Shown here piece after piece: positions 53,201 through 64,000 of a stretch of 64,000 bases of DNA. Numbering within the stretch: position 1 is the first letter of the stretch; every line of letters begins with the position of its first letter. The notes below the pieces were generated by a model, which was given only the letters and a program-made list of their open reading frames with translations, made no database searches and was not told the DNA's origin. The position numbers were made by a program, and so were the translations under genes. Origin of the DNA: Eledone cirrhosa. Its lineage: Eukaryota. The stretch spans positions 331,390,001 through 331,454,000 of the forward strand of contig OZ024740.1 in NCBI GenBank assembly GCA_964016885.1, given 5' to 3'.

Positions 53201-55600
53201 CCCATGAATTCAAGGCTAGCTTTGCTAAAACAAAAATCATATTTAGCTCGTTTTATTCGCCTTTTAAGCCCATTTTTAACTCCTTATAATTTTCATAATT
53301 GCTTAAGGGTATTTTCCCATTTTTAATGATTGGGTAATTTCCATTCTTAGTTGCTTTAACTCTTCGCTCCACCATGCTTTATTGTAGTTGGTATGTTTAG
53401 TATTGTTATTTTTATTCGGAGTGATAAAAATAAATGGTACTTTCTCAGTGAATGTGTCTTAATAAATACTTGTATACTTGTTTTGAGTTGTTCAACTGAT
53501 TAGATATTGTAAACTTTGATGTGATGTGATAGTTCTGCTTTATATAATTAGTATAATTAGTCCAGTCAGACTTGTGAAATTTATATTTTCTTACTTTAGG
53601 CTTTATTTGCTGAGTTTAGCAATTGTTAGTGCATTCGATGGTTAAAGGAATTGCAATATTGAAAGTTGTCGTGGTATGATTCGAACCTAAATTCATATTA
53701 TTTCCAGTTTTCCATAAAACTAGGGGCTGAGAGAAACGAATGAAAATGATCAGTTGAAGTTGTGTTATTAATATGTCTCTAGGGACCAGAGTCTTATACT
53801 CTATATAAAATTATGTTTATTCCTTAATTTTCAGAGATAATCTTCTTTTATAATGTTTTGTTTCTTATGTTAGTGTTCCCAAAAAGAGGATGTGCATGAA
53901 AATCCCCTGAAATTAGAGTTTTGTATTATGGATTCGATTTGTCTAAGTCATCGTCAATATATGATGTTACTTCTGTGCTTTTGGGGGTGTTATAAATATT
54001 TATTAAATAGAAAGTTACTTTTCATATGTACACGTACCAAATATCAATCGAGTTACACTTCTTTTGTATTATGTCCAAGTTAGAGATTAATTGTGATCTA
54101 ATCACTGTGAGAAACCTTGAGGATCCATGATATACGTTATTGCATATACAAAAAAAAAGAAAATCCCGTGTATTTCTGTTGTACAAATTCCAATCATTTA
54201 GTAGGAGCTCTTGAAGGGAAATATATGAAGTGTTGAGACATAACTTTAGATACAATTTATTTGTTTGTTGACGTTGATTTGCAGATCTTTATTTGGTTCA
54301 TTGTTATTTTTGTATAGGTTTTCGCTGTTTGTATTTGAGCCAATTTGTTAAACCCTCTGCTTTAAGACATTTTGTTTTTTTATTGGAAACATTGTTGTTA
54401 GAAAATTGGTCTTCTGGTGGTGTATTGTTCTTTTCAGATACATGGTGTTTATTGTAATCATGAGCTCCATTGCATTTGTGGCACTTTGCCTTAGTTAGAT
54501 TCTGTTTTACAGTGCAGTCTCTGTAATAGAGTGAGGGGGATGAAGAACCGTTGAACTAGTCGCTGTTAACAAGTTCTTCCTTTATTCTGCCTCGATATTC
54601 TGCATTGAGAAGAGCGTACTCTTGATTAAGTAGGACATATTAGGATTACTTAAGAGTTTAATTTTATCTTGCCATGATTTGATTGGCTGTTCATTTCATT
54701 TATATCGAGAAAGGAATTATACTGAGTGTGTTTGTACCTTTTAAATCTTGTCATCGGGGAGCTCTCATATATGTCTTTACGGACACTATGTACCACTATT
54801 GAGAATGTAGGTTGGATTAGAAGTACTCCACATGATTTAAAATCTTCTGCGATATTGCGTTTACGTATTTCGTTTGGTGATTGGGTATTGCTAGATTGTT
54901 TGTTTTTTCAACATTGTTGTGTAATTGTATCAGTTTTATTTCATGGATTAGTACTCCTACTATCTATTGGAGTTTCATTTGTTTTTTATAGTGATAGGCA
55001 AGTTTTTCTGTGTGCTGGAATGGGGTTCAATTTAAATGAAGTATATCGGTCTATTTTATTTTTTCTTGAAAGGTTTTTGTGTTTGGCCAATTTTTTTCTT
55101 TACAACGCTGTTCCAAATCTTGTTTTTATGAGTGGTTGACTGGATGACTGGTTGGTTTGCTTAATGATATCATTTAATGTTATTACGTCATGTTTATAAT
55201 TTCGTTGAATTTGTTCACCACATTGGTGTGGACTGATGGTGCTGTTGGTGCTATTAGTTGTTTGCTATTCAATGCTTAACTTTATTAATGATACAGATAT
55301 GACAGTGAGACTTTCTTTGTCTATGTTCTGATTTGATTTAATTCTAATTTGTATCAGGATATCCGCGATACGATGGATGGTTATATTTGGTGCGTGCAGT
55401 GCTAATTTGTTTTCTGACGATTTGATTTTTTTCTCATTGTTATTTCTATTTTTGTGGTGTTTCCTTCATAGTGTCTTACCATTATTAGTTTTCTATTTGA
55501 TGAGCCAGACTTTCTACATGGATTGCGAATGTCAGAGATTACTTAGTTGTAAGTGCAAGTCCAAGTCAATTTCGTATTATACATAATTCATTTCTAAACG
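50300..55600 (-). pseudogene. Heavily decayed two-ORF LINE (I/Jockey-like group)
   Basis: Minus-strand remnants: AKCHKCNGAH knuckle ~54460-54490, GDFHAH ~53890-53910, NLGSNH ~53680, NFHKSDWTNY ~53560. No long ORFs; boundaries approximate. Confidence 0.6.
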
Positions 55601-56724
55601 TCAATGTAAATAAGATGTACTACTTCTTATCTTATAGCAAAACACTTATGTAGATTTTAACTCATGTTTAGTACAATTCTATCTCTCATAGAAACTGCAA
55701 CAGCAGACTGCTTGATGGGGTAGTCAAGGTAAAGCAAGTCTATAACCAGATATTGGTCAGCCAATCTTTATATACTAGTACAAATACACATATATATAAG
55801 TACACATATAGACAAGCTGTCCAGCACCTCACAACATCGATGTGGTTAGGCAGTCAAGTTATATATCTATATATAGATAAGTCTACACAAATATATATAG
55901 TTTTCGTGACTCTGTTGTGTGGATGAGGATAACGTTTTGATTAACGTGTGCGTAAATATATTAACACTTTCCCGTTATTATCGTCTTTTCTGTGTATGAT
56001 AACACAATGCCAGTATGTGGACGAACTACGTGCTAGAGGCAGCTTTAGGATCTCCATTAAAATGTATGTAAACTCGACAAAAGTTGATAAATAAGTTCAG
56101 TAGAGTTAATGTTCATTCAATTATCGTACTGAAATAGGATACAAATAGTCAGAGGCACTTTAAATGTAATACATCGGAGACTATTACAAAACTTCGTTTC
56201 CACGGATCATATCTTATTCCAACACAATAATATTTGCAATTGTAGAGATAAACATTAAGTAAATGATTATTGTATGATTCCTGTAAATAGATTTATTCTC
56301 AAGTTGTTATTGAGCAGTCTCAAGATCTAATATAATTCAATTATCTTTTGAAAGTCTACTATTGAAAATTTACGTTGTGAGTATAGTTTTATATATTTAT
56401 AGATATTCGGTAAAACACCCTTGGTTGTGTATGTAGTGGTATGGTTAGGTTCTGAAAATATGTTAATAAATGTCTTTATATGCAGTCTCAATTTATTGGT
56501 TGACGTAAGGAGTATTCAATACCAGTGTCGAGTATAACTATTCTTTATTGTATATAATTGGAAAGTTAGTCGTGTTACTCTGCTGTTTCAGAATCAACCA
56601 ACCAACCAACCGGAAACGTATAATAAATTGAAATGAAACCTACAGGTGCGTGTGTCTTTATTGGAAGCATGTCCCTCCCAAAGTATAACAATATATACAT
56701 ATATATATATATATACATATATAT

Positions 56725-56763
<39 letters not shown>

Positions 56764-59476
56764 TTAAAATAACAGATTAAAGTTTAAGCAAAGAATCGCT
56801 GCTTTCACCCTTAACGGGATCTTCTGAAACTAACAAAGTCAATCTGTAAACGCAGAACTGGATATTTCAAAAAACGTTGCAACCGGAGGAAGACAGGAAG
56901 ACGATATTTTGGTTTGTGGTAACGTTCGCTGGCAAAGAACGGGAAAAAACGAATAAACGTCATTAATAGGAGCGGTGAAAAACAATTACGTGCAAAGACA
57001 GAACCACGTTTATGGTATAAAAGAGGTCGTAGACTAATGTTCTCTTAGGTGGTGCATAGAGACGTTCTCTGGCAATGAACGAAAACACGAAGATAATAAG
57101 TCATACGTGGAGCGTGGAGAACAATAGCACGCAAAGACAAAACCACGTAAATGGTATAGCAGAAGTTGTAGACTAAAATTCTAACTAGGAGACCAAATGA
57201 ATCTCCGCTACAGAGTTAAGAACAAAGTAAATAAATACAATACGGAAGTAATAGAAACAAATAAATACATACACGCAAACAGATACGTACATACACAAGC
57301 ATACGCAAACCCTTACCATAGATATACAAAACCAAGCACATATAAATATGTGTGTGTGTGTATGCTTGTGTACAAATAAATAAATAATTATATAAACGTA
57401 TATAAGTAAATAAATACGTATATAACAAGCGCAGACACATACCTACAAATAAATACACGAATGTTCGGAGACGTAGTTTCAGAAGATCCCGTTAAGGGTG
57501 AAAGCAGCGATTCTTTGCTTAAACTTTAATCTGTTATTTTAATAAATATTTGCTCTACGGTGCTTATATATTTGATATATATTTTCCTTATCGAGCCCTT
57601 TTTGGATTTTAGTCTTCAATTTTATTATTAACTCTATATATAGACTAATGTTTGTTTTTTCAACATTGTTGTGTAATTGTATCAGTTTTATTTCATGGAT
57701 TAGTACTCCTACTATCTATTGGAGTTTCATTTGTTTTTTATAGTGATAGGCAAGTTTTTCTGTGTGCTGGAATGGGGTTCAATTTAAATGAAGTATATCG
57801 GTCTATTTTATTTTTTCTTGAAAGGTTTTTGTGTTTGGCCAATTTTTTCTTTACAACGCTGTTCCAAATCTTGTTTTTATGAGTGGTTGACTGGATGACT
57901 GGTTGGTTTGCTTAATGATATCATTTAATGTTATTACGTCATGTTTATAATTTCGTTGAATTTGTTCACCACATTGGTGTGGACTGATGGTGCTGTTGGT
58001 GCTATTAGTTGTTTGCTATTCAATGCTTAACTTTATTAATGATACAGATATGACAGTGAGACTTTCTTTGTCTATGTTCTGATTTGATTTAATTCTAATT
58101 TGTATCAGGATATCCGCGATACGATGGATGGTTATATTTGGTGCGTGCAGTGCTAATTTGTTTTCTGACGATTTGATTTTTTTCTCATTGTTATTTCTAT
58201 TTTTGTGGTGTTTCCTTCATAGTGTCTTACCATTATTAGTTTTCTATTTGATGAGCCAGACTTTCTACATGGATTGCGAATGTCAGAGATTACTTAGTTG
58301 TAAGTGCAAGTCCAAGTCAATTTCGTATTATACATAATTCATTTCTAAACGTCAATGTAAATAAGATGTACTACTTCTTATCTTATAGCAAAACACTTAT
58401 GTAGATTTTAACTCATGTTTAGTACAATTCTATCTCTCATAGAAACTGCAACAGCAGACTGCTTGATGGGGTAGTCAAGGTAAAGCAAGTCTATAACCAG
58501 ATATTGGTCAGCCAATCTTTATATACTAGTACAAATACACATATATATAAGTACACATATAGACAAGCTGTCCAGCACCTCACAACATCGATGTGGTTAG
58601 GCAGTCAAGTTATATATCTATATATAGATAAGTCTACACAAATATATATAGTTTTCGTGACTCTGTTGTGTGGATGAGGATAACGTTTTGATTAACGTGT
58701 GCGTAAATATATTAACACTTTCCCGTTATTATCGTCTTTTCTGTGTATGATAACACAATGCCAGTATGTGGACGAACTACGTGCTAGAGGCAGCTTTAGG
58801 ATCTCCATTAAAATGTATGTAAACTCGACAAAAGTTGATAAATAAGTTCAGTAGAGTTAATGTTCATTCAATTATTCGTACTGAAATAGGATACAAATAG
58901 TCAGAGGCACTTTAAATGTAATACATCGGAGACTATTACAAAACTTCGTTTCCACGGATCATATCTTATTCCAACACAATAATATTTGCAATTGTAGAGA
59001 TAAACATTAAGTAAATGATTATTGTATGATTCCTGTAAATAGATTTATTCTCAAGTTGTTATTGAGCAGTCTCAAGATCTAATATAATTCAATTATCTTT
59101 TGAAAGTCTACTATTGAAAATTTACGTTGTGAGTATAGTTTTATATATTTATAGATATTCGGTAAAACACCCTTGGTTGTGTATGTAGTGGTATGGTTAG
59201 GTTCTGAAAATATGTTAATAAATGTCTTTATATGCAGTCTCAATTTATTGGTTGACGTAAGGAGTATTCAATACCAGTGTCGAGTATAACTATTCTTTAT
59301 TGTATATAATTGGAAAGTTAGTCGTGTTACTCTGCTGTTTCAGAATCAACCAACCAACCAACCGGAAACGTATAATAAATTGAAATGAAACCTACAGGTG
59401 CGTGTGTCTTTATTGGAAGCATGTCCCTCCCAAAGTATAACAATATATACATATATATATATATATACATATATAT

Positions 59477-59518
<42 letters not shown>

Positions 59519-62230
59519 TAAAATAACAGATTAAAGTTTAAGCAAAGAATCGCTGCTTTCACCCTTAACGGGATCTTCTGAAACTAACAAAGTCAATCTG
59601 TAAACGCAGAACTGGATATTTCAAAAAACGTTGCAACCGGAGGAAGACAGGAAGACGATATTTTGGTTTGTGGTAACGTTCGCTGGCAAAGAACGGGAAA
59701 AAACGAATAAACGTCATTAATAGGAGCGGTGAAAAACAATTACGTGCAAAGACAGAACCACGTTTATGGTATAAAAGAGGTCGTAGACTAATGTTCTCTT
59801 AGGTGGTGCATAGAGACGTTCTCTGGCAATGAACGAAAACACGAAGATAATAAGTCATACGTGGAGCGTGGAGAACAATAGCACGCAAAGACAAAACCAC
59901 GTAAATGGTATAGCAGAAGTTGTAGACTAAAATTCTAACTAGGAGACCAAATGAATCTCCGCTACAGAGTTAAGAACAAAGTAAATAAATACAATACGGA
60001 AGTAATAGAAACAAATAAATACATACACGCAAACAGATACGTACATACACAAGCATACGCAAACCCTTACCATAGATATACAAAACCAAGCACATATAAA
60101 TATGTGTGTGTGTGTATGCTTGTGTACAAATAAATAAATAATTATATAAACGTATATAAGTAAATAAATACGTATATAACAAGCGCAGACACATACCTAC
60201 AAATAAATACACGAATGTTCGGAGACGTAGTTTCAGAAGATCCCGTTAAGGGTGAAAGCAGCGATTCTTTGCTTAAACTTTAATCTGTTATTTTAATAAA
60301 TATTTGCTCTACGGTGCTTATATATTTGATATATATTTTCCTTATCGAGCCCTTTTTGGATTTTAGTCTTCAATTTTATTATTAACTCTATATATAGACT
60401 AATGTTTGTTTTTTCAACATTGTTGTGTAATTGTATCAGTTTTATTTCATGGATTAGTACTCCTACTATCTATTGGAGTTTCATTTGTTTTTTATAGTGA
60501 TAGGCAAGTTTTTCTGTGTGCTGGAATGGGGTTCAATTTAAATGAAGTATATCGGTCTATTTTATTTTTTCTTGAAAGGTTTTTGTGTTTGGCCAATTTT
60601 TTCTTTACAACGCTGTTCCAAATCTTGTTTTTATGAGTGGTTGACTGGATGACTGGTTGGTTTGCTTAATGATATCATTTAATGTTATTACGTCATGTTT
60701 ATAATTTCGTTGAATTTGTTCACCACATTGGTGTGGACTGATGGTGCTGTTGGTGCTATTAGTTGTTTGCTATTCAATGCTTAACTTTATTAATGATACA
60801 GATATGACAGTGAGACTTTCTTTGTCTATGTTCTGATTTGATTTAATTCTAATTTGTATCAGGATATCCGCGATACGATGGATGGTTATATTTGGTGCGT
60901 GCAGTGCTAATTTGTTTTCTGACGATTTGATTTTTTTCTCATTGTTATTTCTATTTTTGTGGTGTTTCCTTCATAGTGTCTTACCATTATTAGTTTTCTA
61001 TTTGATGAGCCAGACTTTCTACATGGATTGCGAATGTCAGAGATTACTTAGTTGTAAGTGCAAGTCCAAGTCAATTTCGTATTATACATAATTCATTTCT
61101 AAACGTCAATGTAAATAAGATGTACTACTTCTTATCTTATAGCAAAACACTTATGTAGATTTTAACTCATGTTTAGTACAATTCTATCTCTCATAGAAAC
61201 TGCAACAGCAGACTGCTTGATGGGGTAGTCAAGGTAAAGCAAGTCTATAACCAGATATTGGTCAGCCAATCTTTATATACTAGTACAAATACACATATAT
61301 ATAAGTACACATATAGACAAGCTGTCCAGCACCTCACAACATCGATGTGGTTAGGCAGTCAAGTTATATATCTATATATAGATAAGTCTACACAAATATA
61401 TATAGTTTTCGTGACTCTGTTGTGTGGATGAGGATAACGTTTTGATTAACGTGTGCGTAAATATATTAACACTTTCCCGTTATTATCGTCTTTTCTGTGT
61501 ATGATAACACAATGCCAGTATGTGGACGAACTACGTGCTAGAGGCAGCTTTAGGATCTCCATTAAAATGTATGTAAACTCGACAAAAGTTGATAAATAAG
61601 TTCAGTAGAGTTAATGTTCATTCAATTATTCGTACTGAAATAGGATACAAATAGTCAGAGGCACTTTAAATGTAATACATCGGAGACTATTACAAAACTT
61701 CGTTTCCACGGATCATATCTTATTCCAACACAATAATATTTGCAATTGTAGAGATAAACATTAAGTAAATGATTATTGTATGATTCCTGTAAATAGATTT
61801 ATTCTCAAGTTGTTATTGAGCAGTCTCAAGATCTAATATAATTCAATTATCTTTTGAAAGTCTACTATTGAAAATTTACGTTGTGAGTATAGTTTTATAT
61901 ATTTATAGATATTCGGTAAAACACCCTTGGTTGTGTATGTAGTGGTATGGTTAGGTTCTGAAAATATGTTAATAAATGTCTTTATATGCAGTCTCAATTT
62001 ATTGGTTGACGTAAGGAGTATTCAATACCAGTGTCGAGTATAACTATTCTTTATTGTATATAATTGGAAAGTTAGTCGTGTTACTCTGCTGTTTCAGAAT
62101 CAACCAACCAACCAACCGGAAACGTATAATAAATTGAAATGAAACCTACAGGTGCGTGTGTCTTTATTGGAAGCATGTCCCTCCCAAAGTATAACAATAT
62201 ATACATATATATATATATATACATATATAT

Positions 62231-62269
<39 letters not shown>

Positions 62270-64000
62270 TTAAAATAACAGATTAAAGTTTAAGCAAAGA
62301 ATCGCTGCTTTCACCCTTAACGGGATCTTCTGAAACTAACAAAGTCAATCTGTAAACGCAGAACTGGATATTTCAAAAAACGTTGCAACCGGAGGAAGAC
62401 AGGAAGACGATATTTTGGTTTGTGGTAACGTTCGCTGGCAAAGAACGGGAAAAAACGAATAAACGTCATTAATAGGAGCGGTGAAAAACAATTACGTGCA
62501 AAGACAGAACCACGTTTATGGTATAAAAGAGGTCGTAGACTAATGTTCTCTTAGGTGGTGCATAGAGACGTTCTCTGGCAATGAACGAAAACACGAAGAT
62601 AATAAGTCATACGTGGAGCGTGGAGAACAATAGCACGCAAAGACAAAACCACGTAAATGGTATAGCAGAAGTTGTAGACTAAAATTCTAACTAGGAGACC
62701 AAATGAATCTCCGCTACAGAGTTAAGAACAAAGTAAATAAATACAATACGGAAGTAATAGAAACAAATAAATACATACACGCAAACAGATACGTACATAC
62801 ACAAGCATACGCAAACCCTTACCATAGATATACAAAACCAAGCACATATAAATATGTGTGTGTGTGTATGCTTGTGTACAAATAAATAAATAATTATATA
62901 AACGTATATAAGTAAATAAATACGTATATAACAAGCGCAGACACATACCTACAAATAAATACACGAATGTTCGGAGACGTAGTTTCAGAAGATCCCGTTA
63001 AGGGTGAAAGCAGCGATTCTTTGCTTAAACTTTAATCTGTTATTTTAATAAATATTTGCTCTACGGTGCTTATATATTTGATATATATTTTCCTTATCGA
63101 GCCCTTTTTGGATTTTAGTCTTCAATTTTATTATTAACTCTATATATAGACTAATGTTTGTTTTTTCAACATTGTTGTGTAATTGTATCAGTTTTATTTC
63201 ATGGATTAGTACTCCTACTATCTATTGGAGTTTCATTTGTTTTTTATAGTGATAGGCAAGTTTTTCTGTGTGCTGGAATGGGGTTCAATTTAAATGAAGT
63301 ATATCGGTCTATTTTATTTTTTCTTGAAAGGTTTTTGTGTTTGGCCAATTTTTTCTTTACAACGCTGTTCCAAATCTTGTTTTTATGAGTGGTTGACTGG
63401 ATGACTGGTTGGTTTGCTTAATGATATCATTTAATGTTATTACGTCATGTTTATAATTTCGTTGAATTTGTTCACCACATTGGTGTGGACTGATGGTGCT
63501 GTTGGTGCTATTAGTTGTTTGCTATTCAATGCTTAACTTTATTAATGATACAGATATGACAGTGAGACTTTCTTTGTCTATGTTCTGATTTGATTTAATT
63601 CTAATTTGTATCAGGATATCCGCGATACGATGGATGGTTATATTTGGTGCGTGCAGTGCTAATTTGTTTTCTGACGATTTGATTTTTTTCTCATTGTTAT
63701 TTCTATTTTTGTGGTGTTTCCTTCATAGTGTCTTACCATTATTAGTTTTCTATTTGATGAGCCAGACTTTCTACATGGATTGCGAATGTCAGAGATTACT
63801 TAGTTGTAAGTGCAAGTCCAAGTCAATTTCGTATTATACATAATTCATTTCTAAACGTCAATGTAAATAAGATGTACTACTTCTTATCTTATAGCAAAAC
63901 ACTTATGTAGATTTTAACTCATGTTTAGTACAATTCTATCTCTCATAGAAACTGCAACAGCAGACTGCTTGATGGGGTAGTCAAGGTAAAGCAAGTCTAT
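54897..64000. repeat. Tandem array of ~2752-bp near-identical units (3.3 copies visible)
   Basis: Units start at 54897, 57649, 60403 and 63155. Identical spurious ORFs recur at offsets of 2751-2754. Confidence 0.97.

Overview
AT-rich eukaryotic DNA with no recognisable host gene. It is probably from an octopod cephalopod; this is inferred from the tRNA-derived SINEs and the very dense (TA)n/(CA)n/(GATA)n microsatellites. Almost everything is transposon-derived. Autonomous-type elements: a frameshifted Tx1/L1 LINE (5.9-11.3 kb, -), a nearly complete RTE-type LINE with an inverted 5' segment (24.1-27.2 kb), an intact 1210-aa Penelope-like element (PLE; RT + GIY-YIG) with partial-tandem pseudo-LTRs (28.9-34.6 kb, -), several decayed PLEs, and a decayed I/Jockey-group LINE (50.3-55.6 kb, -). 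Smaller elements: non-autonomous Helitrons, SINEs and many fold-back elements. The window ends in a near-identical ~2.75-kb tandem array. The main signal the ORF track misses is about a dozen type I hammerhead ribozyme (HHR) motifs. The best case is a non-coding, highly structured 465-nt tandem unit at 19.96-21.44 kb bounded by perfect HHRs, a candidate retrozyme/circular RNA that PLE machinery could mobilise into (TA)n. All calls were made by eye; no folding or database searches were run.
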